From Candidatus Sumerlaeia bacterium (GTDB lineage: Bacteria; Sumerlaeota; Sumerlaeia; SLMS01): a stretch of 64,000 bases of DNA. The stretch covers positions 21,727 to 85,726 of the forward strand of contig JBBQYG010000001.1 of the NCBI GenBank assembly GCA_038208905.1, in the 5' to 3' direction. The notes under the pieces are model-generated. The model was not told the origin of the DNA and ran no database searches. It worked only from the letters and a program-made list of their open reading frames with translations. The stretch's first letter is position 1. Every line of letters begins with the position of its first letter. Position numbers and translations under genes: made by a program. Positions 28,398 to 38,640 of the stretch are shown here, one piece after another.

Positions 28398-30491
28398 TTG
28401 GCCCTGACCAGCAATCCCGACTACCGCATGATCGCCGCCGGGTCGGCGGCGGATGCGCGGGGTCCCTCGCTCTCCGTCGTCGTTCGCCTGGCGCGGGGCG
28501 CGGCCTATGTGGCCATCGCCGTGTTGATGGGTTACTTCCTCTCCGTTGGCACCATCGAGAGCCGGTCGTTCTATCTGCTGGCCTTCGCGACCGGCTGGCT
28601 GAACCCGGTATGGAGCATCTACGCCCTGGCGATGATGGGGCCGACGTATCTCCTGGACCAGTCCAAGACACACCTGCTGGCGGGGATCGAGGTGTTCATC
28701 CTCGGCATGTTTGCCGGAGAACTTCGCCTGGTGGGGAGGCCGATCCGCGGCGCCAACGCGGAAGACCAACGCGACGCCACGATGGACGTGGGCGGCGCGG
28801 CGCCACCGGTGTATTGGGGCGTATGGCCCCATTATCTGGTGGGACTGCTGCTGATGCTGGCGGCGTCCTCGCTGGTGGGGCTGCAACTGGTGGTCTTTCG
28901 CGAGAACGCGGGCGAGGCGCGCTTCTCCCAGAACAACCTGATCAACGGCCTGAGCCAGATGTTTTACTTCGCCGCGACAGCGCCGGAGTGGACGCTCAAG
29001 TCTCTCTGGAACTGGGCGACCGGCGCGCTGGTCGCCGTGATAGTCGCCCGCCGCGCGACGCCAATCATCGCGGCGCGATGGATGAAGATCGGCGGCGTGG
29101 CGCTGTTGGCGGCGTGCTTCTTTGGATTTCTGGAGTGGCGCGGATGGCTTTCGCTTCATCACGTGCGCGCGCCCAATCCCGATCCGCTCCACGCGGGGCG
29201 CTTTCAGGGCACCGCCGGCCACGCGGGCTGGTTTGCCCAGTGGATCGTGCTGATGTGGCCGGGCCTGCTGCTGTGGTGGGCGTGGGGGCGCGGAAAGCGC
29301 AACGTCGCCGTGGCCGGCGCGCTGGCGTTCGTGGCCATGGCGCTGGTGCTGACGGCGGCGCGCGCGGGATGGCTGGGCGCGATGGTGGGCGGGGCGCTGG
29401 GCGGCGTGTATCTCTTCGTCCACTACCCGGCGCTGCGGCGGCAACTGCCCAAGGTTCTCGCCATCGCAATCGCCATCGCGGCGGTGGGCGTCTTCTTTGG
29501 CGGAGATGTGCTCTGGCACCGCGTGACGAATCTGCTGAGGGCGCAGGACCGCGCGAACTACTACGTTTCGGGGCTCCTTTTCCTCCGCGAACATCCCTTC
29601 GGCCTCGGCCTTGGCACGCACTTCCAGTTCTATGACTGGTGGATCAACCCCTCGTGGACGTGGGCGCAATTCGACCATGTGGACTCCCACTCGATCTGGC
29701 TGCACACCTTCATCGAGAACGGCCCCTTCGTGCCGATGATGATCCTGGCGGGTCTCATTGGCACGGTGCTGGAAGTCCGCAAGTCGTGGGCGCTGATGGA
29801 CGAGCACACCCGCGCCATCCTGGTGGCGCTGTGCCTGGCGCTGGCGGGAATCTTCACCGTGGGATTCGCCCAGTACCTGCCGTATATACGCATTGTGGAG
29901 CTGTCGATCTGGATCGCCTTTGGCCTGCTGGTGGGTATTTGCCGCAAGAAGCGCGCGCGCCAGGCAGAGCCCGTGCAGAGCGCCCGCGGGCCGCGGCTCC
30001 TGCTGCTCTGCGGCGGCGGCGCCCTGCTGATGGCGAGCATGAACGCCCCGCGCGCCGTGACGAATTCGCTGCCACGCGCCTACTCGAGGGAGAAGGACGG
30101 CGCCGTCTCCGTCTGGACGACGGGCGAGTGGCGCACGGTGGTGGATCGCGACATCGACCACATCGCGTTCTCGCTGTATCGCAAGGGCTATCCCGACCAT
30201 AAGGTGAAGGGCCTCCCGGCGCATGGCGCGGTCACCTGGCCAGACGGGCGGCGCGAGACGTTCACGCTCCAGCCGGAGGAGTGGCGCTACTTCGAAATGC
30301 GCCGCGAGAGCCGCACGCCCGAGCGCTGGGCCGCGCCGGAGTTCCTCTCCATCGCCGTGACCCCGCTCTTTACTCCCGCCGAGTTCGACCCCGGGAGCGC
30401 CGACCGCCGGCAGCTTGGCGTCTATCTCAATGGCCTGACCTTCGAGTCGGAACGCCGCGAGAAGCGCGACGAGCCGATCTGGCGCTATTGA
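28398..30491 (+). CDS. O-antigen ligase (WaaL/Wzy_C) family membrane protein
   Basis: Many TMs, 'RFQGTAGH', 'LTAARAGW', 'HPFGLGLG' and 'DSHSIWLHTFIENG'. Start uncertain (TTG 28398 or ATG 28428). Confidence 0.8.
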   Translation: MALTSNPDYRMIAAGSAADARGPSLSVVVRLARGAAYVAIAVLMGYFLSVGTIESRSFYLLAFATGWLNPVWSIYALAMMGPTYLLDQSKTHLLAGIEVFILGMFAGELRLVGRPIRGANAEDQRDATMDVGGAAPPVYWGVWPHYLVGLLLMLAASSLVGLQLVVFRENAGEARFSQNNLINGLSQMFYFAATAPEWTLKSLWNWATGALVAVIVARRATPIIAARWMKIGGVALLAACFFGFLEWRGWLSLHHVRAPNPDPLHAGRFQGTAGHAGWFAQWIVLMWPGLLLWWAWGRGKRNVAVAGALAFVAMALVLTAARAGWLGAMVGGALGGVYLFVHYPALRRQLPKVLAIAIAIAAVGVFFGGDVLWHRVTNLLRAQDRANYYVSGLLFLREHPFGLGLGTHFQFYDWWINPSWTWAQFDHVDSHSIWLHTFIENGPFVPMMILAGLIGTVLEVRKSWALMDEHTRAILVALCLALAGIFTVGFAQYLPYIRIVELSIWIAFGLLVGICRKKRARQAEPVQSARGPRLLLLCGGGALLMASMNAPRAVTNSLPRAYSREKDGAVSVWTTGEWRTVVDRDIDHIAFSLYRKGYPDHKVKGLPAHGAVTWPDGRRETFTLQPEEWRYFEMRRESRTPERWAAPEFLSIAVTPLFTPAEFDPGSADRRQLGVYLNGLTFESERREKRDEPIWRY

Positions 30492-30964
30492 TCGATCGTT
30501 CCGGAGCGACCGCCGGATTTGTGGCGGAGGCGGACGCGCTCGATCCGCATGTCGCGCTGCACCGACTTGAGCATGTCGTAGAGCGTGAGCAGCGCGACGC
30601 TCACCGCCGTCAACGCTTCCATCTCCACCCCCGTCTTTCCCGCCAGCTTCACCGTGGCGCGAACACGGGCCGCGGAGGGCCGCGCGACCTCCTCGATGTC
30701 TATATCGATGGACGAGAGCGCCAGCGGATGGCAGAGCGGAATCAGCGACGCAGTGTTCTTCGCAGCCATGATTCCGGCGATGCGCGCCGCGGCCAGCGCG
30801 TCGCCCTTCCTTGACTTGCCGGAGAACAGCAGCAGCCGCGTTTCCGCCGACATCCGCAGTTCGCCTTCGGCCACGGCGACGCGCTCGGTCACCGCCTTGC
30901 CTCCCACGTCCACCATGCGCGCGGCGCCCTGCTCGTCCAGATGGGTCATCAGCTTCTTTGCCAT
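30485..30964 (-). CDS. moaC: Cyclic pyranopterin monophosphate synthase MoaC
   Basis: 'THLDEQGAARMVDV', 'LIPLCHPL', 'TGVEMEAL' and 'KSGG'. Confidence 0.96.
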   Translation of the reverse strand: MAKKLMTHLDEQGAARMVDVGGKAVTERVAVAEGELRMSAETRLLLFSGKSRKGDALAAARIAGIMAAKNTASLIPLCHPLALSSIDIDIEEVARPSAARVRATVKLAGKTGVEMEALTAVSVALLTLYDMLKSVQRDMRIERVRLRHKSGGRSGTIDQ

Positions 30965-30965
30965 G

Positions 30966-32069
30966 CTAATCCTGCCTACTCCCCTGAAGGATGCGCATCA
31001 CAAGCCGCCGCGAGAGCGCCTCGAACTCCGCCGTGGAATCCGTCAGCGACGCATTCGTGAGGAGCGCCATCGTCATGCCCGACCGCGAGTCGATCCACAA
31101 CAGGCATCCCGTATATCCCGTGTGATAGCGAATCCGCCCAGGGATCGACAGGTCCGGCGCGTAGGGAAGCGTGGTTGGCGAAATCATTCCGCCCTCTGTG
31201 ATCCAGATGCTTCCGAATCCATCGCAGCGGGGCAGCGAAGTTGCGGGACCGAGCAGGAGGCGTCGCCACTCTCCGCGGGGGCCGCCGCTCTCCGCCTCCA
31301 ACCGGGAAACGACGAGGGCGATGCTCTCCGCCGTGGCGAAGAGCCCACTGTGCGCGGGGAGGCCGACGCCGGACTCCAGCATGAACGCGGCGAGGGGATC
31401 GTAGGGTTGGCCGGCAAGCGCATTGCCCGCCTTGTCCACGCCCGACACGGCGACCTGTGAGCTCTGTGACGGGGCGAACGTGATAGAATCCCCGCCCAGC
31501 GGATTCCAGAAATCGTCGCGCAGACGCTCCTCCTTGAACTCCGCCGCAAAGAGGCCAATAAGCACATAGCCGGAATTCGCGTAGTGGTAGCATCCCCGAT
31601 TCCGCACGCCCTTCAGCAGGGAGGACACCCCATCCGACAGGATCAGCTCGCGCAACGTCGGCATCAGCACCTCGTCGTCGAGCCCGCCGCGGTGCATGCG
31701 GAGAACACCAACCCGAGCATCGCCCGGGTGCTTCCCATCGAGCAGGATCGACAGCGGGACGCCGGCCAGAGGCTTCGCAAGCGAGGCCGTGTCGAAGAGC
31801 GTGGCGCGGTCGATGGGAGGAGACTTCTCCGCCATGCCAACGCTTCCAAACGTGTTTGAATAGACCAGCGCCCCGTTGTGCGCGATGGCGAGCTGGCCCC
31901 CGACGATGGGGCCCTCGCGATGAGCGCGCGCGATGTCGGCGTCGAGAGTTGCGAAGGTTCCATCCAGCAGGCCGTGATCGGCCTCGCGCGCAGCAATCAG
32001 ATTGCCACGCCGTGTTGGCGCACAGGCGGTCGCCAGCATCGCGAGCAGCGCGACGAGGATCAGCCTCAC
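30966..32069 (-). CDS. Beta-lactamase-family (class C/EstB-like) serine hydrolase, probable lipoprotein
   Basis: GTG start overlapping the upstream stop, lipobox 'LATAC', SxxK 'FDTASLAKP', 'YAN' and 'HTGYTG'. Confidence 0.75.
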   Translation of the reverse strand: MRLILVALLAMLATACAPTRRGNLIAAREADHGLLDGTFATLDADIARAHREGPIVGGQLAIAHNGALVYSNTFGSVGMAEKSPPIDRATLFDTASLAKPLAGVPLSILLDGKHPGDARVGVLRMHRGGLDDEVLMPTLRELILSDGVSSLLKGVRNRGCYHYANSGYVLIGLFAAEFKEERLRDDFWNPLGGDSITFAPSQSSQVAVSGVDKAGNALAGQPYDPLAAFMLESGVGLPAHSGLFATAESIALVVSRLEAESGGPRGEWRRLLLGPATSLPRCDGFGSIWITEGGMISPTTLPYAPDLSIPGRIRYHTGYTGCLLWIDSRSGMTMALLTNASLTDSTAEFEALSRRLVMRILQGSRQD

Positions 32070-33148
32070 GGCAGCACCGTCGCCAGCCAGGGCTCGGCGC
32101 GCGTATAGACATCGCGCGGCGATAGTCCCGCAAGGCAGGCCATGTGGGCGTCGCCCTTCAGCGGACAAGTCCGCTCCCAGCAGGGCACGCACGCGAGATC
32201 GTCGCGCTGGATCGCGAGCTGATCCGCCGCGCCGCCGGTCCACGGATGATTTCGCTGTGCATCGGTTCCGCCAAAGAGCGTCAGCACCGGCACGCGAAAC
32301 AACCCCGCCAGATGCGATGGTCCCGTATCGCTGCCGATGAAGAACTTGCAGAGCGAGATCAGCGACGCCATTTCGCGCACGCTCGTCGGCGGCGCGGCGA
32401 ATGCGCGCTCCCTGGCGAGCAGCGATACGATCTCGTCGCGCATCGGCTCTTCCTTCGGTCCCCACAGCACGATGGGGCGCAGGCCGCTTCGCGCGGCGAT
32501 GAGCCGTGCCAATTCGGCGAAGCGCGCGGGTGCCCAGCGCTTGCTGGCGAAACCCGCGCCGGGATTCACCGCGAGGAGGGGTTCGCCCTTCCAACCGGCC
32601 CCGCTCAGGCTCGCACCGATGGCCTCGCGCTCCGCGTCGCGAATGCCGATGCGGCCCCGCGGGGGGACGCGCGGCACCTCCAGGCCCAGGCCTTCCAGCA
32701 GGCGCAGGTTCTGCTGCGTCACATGCACGTCGCTGGCCTCGGGGCGGACGCGGCGGTTGTTGAAGAGGAAGTCCACTTCCCGCGAGTTGGGCCCCGCGAA
32801 TCCCACCCGAGTCCGCGCGCCACAGGCCCACGCCGCGAGGCCGCCTTTGGTGATCCCCTGCAAGTCCAGCGACGCGTCCCAGCCCTCCTCGCGAACTGCG
32901 CGAAAGAAGGGGCGGATCTCCGACCGGTACATCGCCCGGAATTTCCCGCGCCAGCGGCGCCGGGGGATTGTATAGACGCGGTCGAGGGCCGGGTGATTTT
33001 CGAGGAGTGGCGCGCTGAGCTCCTCCACGAGCCAACCGATGCGCGCGCCGGGGAGCTGATCCCGCAACGCATCGAGCACCGGAAGCGCATGGATCACGTC
33101 GCCAATGGCCGACAGCCGCACAACGAGAACGGAGGTAGGTTTCGTCAT
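32066..33148 (-). CDS. GT9 LPS heptosyltransferase (WaaC/WaaF-like)
   Basis: 'VVRLSAIGDVIH', 'DLQG', 'NPGAGFASKRW' and 'DTGPSHLA'. Confidence 0.9.
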   Translation of the reverse strand: MTKPTSVLVVRLSAIGDVIHALPVLDALRDQLPGARIGWLVEELSAPLLENHPALDRVYTIPRRRWRGKFRAMYRSEIRPFFRAVREEGWDASLDLQGITKGGLAAWACGARTRVGFAGPNSREVDFLFNNRRVRPEASDVHVTQQNLRLLEGLGLEVPRVPPRGRIGIRDAEREAIGASLSGAGWKGEPLLAVNPGAGFASKRWAPARFAELARLIAARSGLRPIVLWGPKEEPMRDEIVSLLARERAFAAPPTSVREMASLISLCKFFIGSDTGPSHLAGLFRVPVLTLFGGTDAQRNHPWTGGAADQLAIQRDDLACVPCWERTCPLKGDAHMACLAGLSPRDVYTRAEPWLATVLP

Positions 33149-33156
33149 TCCGTGGA

Positions 33157-34836
33157 TCAGCGGAGGTGGAAGCCCGTGCGGTGTGGGACGAATGGTTCCG
33201 CGGGGTGGGCCTTGGTCTGAACGCGGAGGCACCGCAGGAAATTCAGCAAGTCCTCCTGCTCGCTGGCGGAGAGCGCCTTGAAGATTGCCACGGAGCTGTT
33301 GGCCTCGCTTCCCTCGCCCGCGTGCATCACCACCGCCTCGCGCAGCGTGGTCGCGCGCCCATCGTGCAGCCACGGCCCCGTGTCGGCCACGCCCCACAGG
33401 GGCCGCGTCACGAAGAGATCGGGCTCCACCGTGAGCGAGCGCATCTCTGTCCGCTGGGGAACGATGTCAGCCAGTTCGGCGCCCATGCGGTGACGGCGGA
33501 GGTCGCTGAAGAGCGGGACGTCGATGGTGCCATCGGCATTGTGGGGCAGGCGGGGCAGCGCCTCGTCGGGCATGTCCTCGCTGTTGAGGTCGAATGTATA
33601 CCCCGTGGGCCGCTCGTCGGCGCCCTTCCGCAGGGCATGGGTGCGCTGAACCACGGGGGCGAGGTTCTCCGAGAGGAACTCCCCGGGCACCATCGGCGGC
33701 ATCTCGCCCTCGACCTGCTTGAAGACGGAAACGAACTCGGCGGATTTGCGGAAGGGCTGTTCGCGGATCGCGAGCTCGCGCGGGTCCAGAATCGTGACGC
33801 GCGGGTCGCGAATGCGCAGGCTGGGCACATGGCATACAGTGCAGCCAACTGTGTCCATCAACGCGCGGCCACGCGCCGTGGAGGCACTATCCAACTGGCG
33901 TTCGTCCACCGCGGGCGGGCGCATCGCGGCGAGGAAGATCGCGATGGCCGAAACCTCGCCCTCCAGCATTTCGTGATAGGCGCCCTGGGCGTCGTCGTCG
34001 ATGAAGCCGCGCTCCAGCAGTTCGCGCGGCTGGATGGCGAAATGGAAGTTCACCGCACCGGCGATGAAGTTGCGCAGCGACGAGGCGATGCCCTTGAACT
34101 GAAAGGGCCGCACGACCATGTCCAGGCTGACGCCCTGGACTTCCGACCGGTCGAGCGCCCCCACCGAACTCGCCGTGATGTATCCGAAGCCGACTCCCTT
34201 GGAGACGAGGGCCTTGCGCGACGGCACACCCGTCGCCACCGCCTCTCGCAATGCCTCGTCGGCGATATCGAGCAGGTCCGAAGTCATTTCGTCGGAGAGG
34301 CGCTGTATATACCCTAGCCCGAAATTGTGGGGCGGGTTGCGGACGATGCCCCGCGTCATGTCGTCGGGTTCCTCGAAGATGAACACGTTGGCGGAAAACC
34401 CCGCGCCGGAGCCAATGCTCCCCGATTCGCGCGGCATCGAGAGGTCGCCGTGCCTTGTGGAACCCATGGCGCTGTGGCACTCGAAGCAGCCCTGTGCGTC
34501 GAGGCCGTTGAACCGCAGGAACGGCGAAATTGTCCCCCCCGCAAGCGAGAGCTTCCTTCTGCGCGGACCCGTCGGGCCTTCCCCGAATCCGTCGTCGGTT
34601 GTGTAGCGGTTCGTGTACAGATGCATCCCGCGATAGAACAGCGTCGGCAGGTCCACCGTTCCCGCGTTGATGTCGTCCTGGGCCGTCAGGACGCCGGGCT
34701 TCAGCACGCCATCGTGTGGATGGGGCAGCGTCGGCACCGGGTCGTCGGGCCGCGTGCCGCCGTCATAGGCGGCACCCGCCGGGGAACCGGCGAGGAGAAG
34801 GCCAAGGGCGATGCAGGAAAGGGATCGAAAGGCCAT
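33157..34836 (-). CDS. Exported di-heme oxidoreductase (DHOR-like) c-type cytochrome
   Basis: Signal peptide, two CxxCH motifs (CFECH, CTVCH), 'FSDLRRHRMG' and 'TRPLWGV...WLHDGRA'. Confidence 0.82.
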   Translation of the reverse strand: MAFRSLSCIALGLLLAGSPAGAAYDGGTRPDDPVPTLPHPHDGVLKPGVLTAQDDINAGTVDLPTLFYRGMHLYTNRYTTDDGFGEGPTGPRRRKLSLAGGTISPFLRFNGLDAQGCFECHSAMGSTRHGDLSMPRESGSIGSGAGFSANVFIFEEPDDMTRGIVRNPPHNFGLGYIQRLSDEMTSDLLDIADEALREAVATGVPSRKALVSKGVGFGYITASSVGALDRSEVQGVSLDMVVRPFQFKGIASSLRNFIAGAVNFHFAIQPRELLERGFIDDDAQGAYHEMLEGEVSAIAIFLAAMRPPAVDERQLDSASTARGRALMDTVGCTVCHVPSLRIRDPRVTILDPRELAIREQPFRKSAEFVSVFKQVEGEMPPMVPGEFLSENLAPVVQRTHALRKGADERPTGYTFDLNSEDMPDEALPRLPHNADGTIDVPLFSDLRRHRMGAELADIVPQRTEMRSLTVEPDLFVTRPLWGVADTGPWLHDGRATTLREAVVMHAGEGSEANSSVAIFKALSASEQEDLLNFLRCLRVQTKAHPAEPFVPHRTGFHLR

Positions 34837-34991
34837 GGTACGGGGTCGCAAGGATGTATCGGATGCTGGTCGAAAACAAACGAAGTCTAGGCGGCCCGCA
34901 TTGTCACGGGCAATCTGGATTGAGGCCATGTTGGGCGTCGGAAATCCGGGATTGCTCGGGAGGGGCGATCAAATGGATGCTGGCCTCCGCC

Positions 34992-37178
34992 ATGTCAGCC
35001 GCCGCCATCCCAGCCCCGACGACCGTCCCGCGCAAGAGCCCGTGGCTGGTGGGCCCCATGGTGGACATCCTGATCGGGTGTGGCGCGTGGACGATTCCCC
35101 TGCTGGTGGCGACGCGCCTGGCGGAGACCTCTCAGGTCATCGCGGTTTCCTTTTTCTTCTACTTCCTCACGATCTTCTGCAACAATCCACACTATATGGC
35201 GACGATCTATCGCGCCTATGGCACGCGGGCGGATTTCAGCAAGTACCGGTTCTTCACGGTTTACCTGACGGCGCTTCTGATCCTGACGGCGGTGGGGGCC
35301 CACTTTGCGCCGGTGGTGTTGCCGATCCTGTTTACGGTCTATCTGACGTGGAGCCCCTGGCACTACACCGGCCAGAACTTCGGCATTGCGATGATGTTTG
35401 CGCGGCGGGCGGGGGTACAGCCGACGCGGACGCAACGCAACCTCCTCTACGCCGCCTTTGGAGCGTCCTACCTCGTCTGGTTCCTGTCTATACATTCCAC
35501 CTTCGCGGCCAGCCCCTACATCCTGACGCTCGGCATTCCGTCCGCCGTGGCGGAGCCGTTGCGCTGGGTCCTCTTCGCCGTGTTCGTCACGACGGCGGGG
35601 CTCGCCATCGCGGGGATGTCGCGCGTGGTGGGAATGCGGGCGCTCATGCCGGCGGCGATCCTGATCTCCACCCAGTTCCTGTGGTTCGTGCTGCCGGTTT
35701 TCCTGAGCACCCTCGCCGCCGACACCGCCGCGCCGCTCTACTTCAGCACCGGGGCGCTGGCGTTCATGCACTGCGCCCAGTACCTGTGGATCACCAGCTA
35801 CTACGCCCGGCGCGAATCCGACACCGGCGCGCGGCCCTCGCGGTGGAGGCCGGTTGCCTACTATGGCGGCATGGTGGTGGGCGGCATTGCGCTCTTTGTG
35901 CCGGGGCCGTGGCTGGTCAGCCGCGTGTTCCGCTTCAACCTGGTGGAGAGCTACCTGATCTTCAGCTCGCTGGTGAACATCCACCACTTCCTGCTGGACG
36001 GCGCGATTTGGAAACTGAGGGACGGGCGCATTGCCGCGCTTCTTCTCGGCACGTCGGGTCGCGCTTCGGCGGATGGCTCCGCGCGCCGCGGCCTGCTCGT
36101 CCGCGGGGCGGGATGGATCATGGCGCCCCGGGCCCGATTTGCGCGGTACGGGCTGGCGGCGGCGATCATCGCCATCGGACTGCTGGATCAGTGGCAATAC
36201 TTCCTGACGATGGACGGCGCCCCCACCGAGCGCGCGGCCCTGGCGGAGCGCCTGAACCCCTCAGACTCCCGCGCCCTGATGCGGCAGGCGCGCCAAAGCC
36301 TCGACGCCGGGCGCCCCGCGGAGGCCCTCGACCTCGTCACGCGCGTCTCCGCCCTCGGCGGGCTCAACGCCGACGCGCTCCGGCTGCGCGGCAATATCCT
36401 CGCCGGCGCGGGTCAGGACGACGAGGCATGGCTCACCTACCGCACGCTGGAGGCCGTCGTCCGCCCCGACATTCCCACGCTGGTCAACGTCGGCGTCCTC
36501 GCGGCCAGGCGCGGCGAGAAGACCACCGCCATCGCGAAGTTCCGCGCCGCCCTCTCCGCAGATCCCGTGCGCACCGATGTGATGCTGAACCTGGCCGAGG
36601 CCCTGTATGAGCGCGGCGACTATCGCGAGGCCATCGCGCAGTACGACGCCTACATCGTGGCCGCGGGCGCGAAAGCCAAGACGCCCGGCGAGTTGCGCGG
36701 CGTCCTTCGCGCGACGCTCCGCATGGCCGCCGCACAGGCCGGCGCGGGCGAGGACGAGGCCGCCTTCGAGACCGCCCGCTCCGCCGCCCAGCTCGCCGCC
36801 GGAGCCTCGCTCCCCGACCTCGAGAGCCAGGCCCTCGAGCGCATGAGCGGCATCCTCAGCGACGGCGGCAACGACCGCGCCGCTCTGCCGCTCCTCCAGC
36901 AGGCCGTGGGTCGCGCGGGAGAGGCCCGCGATCCCCTGCTGGCCGCCATTCAGTTCTACAACCTGGGCACCATGCTGACGCGCATCGAAGCGCGCGAAGA
37001 GGAGGCCTGGGCCTGCCTCGTCGAGTCGCGCCGCCTCTTCTCCGAAAGCCCCGGAGCCCAGGCCCCCGCGACCCTCCCCGGCCTGATCGCCGGACTGGAA
37101 GCCACCCACCCCGTGCTCGCCACGCTCCCCGACCCCGACCGCCTCGCGCGCCTCCGCCGCGCCCTCACACAGCCATAG
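34992..37178 (+). CDS. His-motif integral membrane protein fused to C-terminal TPR array
   Basis: About 9 TMs carrying 'NNPHY', 'WHYTGQNFG', 'MHCAQY' and 'NIHHFLLDG', followed by TPR-like repeats. Confidence 0.7.
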   Translation: MSAAAIPAPTTVPRKSPWLVGPMVDILIGCGAWTIPLLVATRLAETSQVIAVSFFFYFLTIFCNNPHYMATIYRAYGTRADFSKYRFFTVYLTALLILTAVGAHFAPVVLPILFTVYLTWSPWHYTGQNFGIAMMFARRAGVQPTRTQRNLLYAAFGASYLVWFLSIHSTFAASPYILTLGIPSAVAEPLRWVLFAVFVTTAGLAIAGMSRVVGMRALMPAAILISTQFLWFVLPVFLSTLAADTAAPLYFSTGALAFMHCAQYLWITSYYARRESDTGARPSRWRPVAYYGGMVVGGIALFVPGPWLVSRVFRFNLVESYLIFSSLVNIHHFLLDGAIWKLRDGRIAALLLGTSGRASADGSARRGLLVRGAGWIMAPRARFARYGLAAAIIAIGLLDQWQYFLTMDGAPTERAALAERLNPSDSRALMRQARQSLDAGRPAEALDLVTRVSALGGLNADALRLRGNILAGAGQDDEAWLTYRTLEAVVRPDIPTLVNVGVLAARRGEKTTAIAKFRAALSADPVRTDVMLNLAEALYERGDYREAIAQYDAYIVAAGAKAKTPGELRGVLRATLRMAAAQAGAGEDEAAFETARSAAQLAAGASLPDLESQALERMSGILSDGGNDRAALPLLQQAVGRAGEARDPLLAAIQFYNLGTMLTRIEAREEEAWACLVESRRLFSESPGAQAPATLPGLIAGLEATHPVLATLPDPDRLARLRRALTQP

Positions 37179-37180
37179 GC

Positions 37181-37209
37181 TTGACCGGCGACGCCCCGCC
37201 GCCGATACT
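37181..37209 (+). promoter_or_regulatory. Putative sigma70 promoter for the His-rich gene
   Basis: TTGACC-N17-GATACT, about 30 bp upstream of ATG 37241 with GGGGAG RBS. Confidence 0.45.
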
Positions 37210-37240
37210 CTCCCCCATCACCCCGGGGAGCGCGCCGACC

Positions 37241-37588
37241 ATGGACCACGACCACAAGAATCACCCCCACCAGCACGGCCCAGGCTGTGGACACCCCGCC
37301 GTCGTCCACGGCGACCACGTGGACTACCTCCACAACGGCCACCTGCACCACGTGGACGGCACCAAGGTGGAGGAACACGCCCTGGACATCACCCCCCGCA
37401 ACCCCTCCGACTGCGAAGCCACCAGCCTCCACACCCCGCACCACACCCACGGCCCCACCTGCGGCCACGAAGCCGTCCCCCACGGCGACCACACCGACTA
37501 CGTCGTCAACGGACGCCTCCACCACCCCCACGACGGACACTGCGACGATCATGGTCCGGTGGTGGTGTTGAAGAATATGGCGCCGTGA
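37241..37588 (+). CDS. Small His/Cys-rich putative metal-binding protein with internal duplication
   Basis: Two copies of HxHGPxCGHxAVxHGDHxDYxxNGxLH. Confidence 0.8.
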   Translation: MDHDHKNHPHQHGPGCGHPAVVHGDHVDYLHNGHLHHVDGTKVEEHALDITPRNPSDCEATSLHTPHHTHGPTCGHEAVPHGDHTDYVVNGRLHHPHDGHCDDHGPVVVLKNMAP

Positions 37589-37640
37589 GGGGCGCTGCAC
37601 TTTTCGCTTCATAGTCGAAAGCGCCCGGATTTCGAAATTC

Positions 37641-38640
37641 TCAGGGCTCGGTATCCTGGGCTGCTTTGTAGGCCTGCCGCATGTGGTGGGGCTCCTCGGG
37701 GATCGTGTATTTCAGGCTACCCTCCGCAATCATGGGGCTCAATTGATTCTCCACCAAGTATGTCTGATTCCGCCCAAGAATTCGTGCGATTTCCTCGGCC
37801 CTGAGTGGCCTCCATTCACATAGCTCGATGATGGCGGCCCGAAGCTTTTCTTTGCGGGCGCTCTTGCCCAACCCTTCCACTTTCAGTAGAATCGCCGGGG
37901 GGATAGCCCTTAGATTTTTTGGCAAGCTGCGCAGCCTATCGCCTATTGGGCCCCACTCCTCCATCAGCGAGCCCTCGTCCTCCACTTCGAGCCCCTCGAC
38001 CTCACTAGGGTTCGTGCCGACCTCACGAGGTTTCTGCCCGACCTCACTAGGTTTTGCGGGGACCTCCTCAGATCTTGCGGCAGCGACCTGCATAGGTTTC
38101 GAAGACTCTTCGCCGCGCTCCTCCTGCAGGTAGGCAGATGGCACGTAGTAGGTGGCTGATCCTTTCCCTTTCTGGTCGAGAAGGCCTTCATCGCGAAGCC
38201 GACGCAGGGTTCTGCTGGCAGCGAGAGTCTCGGCTCCAGAAAGATTTCGAAGCGCCCGATTGCTGATTGCTCCCAGTTCACGGGCGTAGACGAGCGCCTG
38301 GCATTCATCTGCAGTTAGGTAGTGTTGCCGGAAACGGGCCAGCCACTCCACGTCCTCGCCGCCAAGCAGATGGTGGAAGAGGAGGATTAGACTGAAGGCA
38401 TTGCCTGCTCGGTTGGATTCGAACGTCGGTGGCGCCAATCCGGCGTTCTGCATTTGCTCCCTCATAATGGAGATACCCCGCCCCTTGGTCTCGGCAAAGC
38501 GGGTTTCGTGAAGTACCTCGGCAATCCATGGATTTCTTGACACCGAGACGGGATCACCGAGGAGTTCCTCGGCCTTGAGCGAGTAGCCGGGATTCCTGAA
38601 CTCCAGCCGGTTCCGATCCGATTGTACGGATGCTTCTGGC
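37641..38640 (-). pseudogene. 5'-truncated AlbA_2/HATPase_c_4 (RecG C-terminal-like) + wHTH protein
   Basis: 'NRLEFRNPGYSLK...SRNPWIAEVLHETRFAETKGRGI' then 'ISNRALRNL...GKGSATYY'. The N-terminal domains and a credible start are missing. Visibly lower GC than the flanks. Confidence 0.65.
37997..38080. repeat. Four degenerate 21-bp tandem repeats encoding 7-aa units
   Basis: cgacctcactagggttcgtgc / cgacctcacgaggtttctgcc / cgacctcactaggttttgcgg / ggacctcctcagatcttgcgg, giving AKPSEVG-QKPREVG-TNPSEVE. Confidence 0.7.

Noticed and set aside
37997-38080. Possible CRISPR-like repeats
   Set aside because: Contiguous 21-bp in-frame coding repeats with no spacers and no cas genes.
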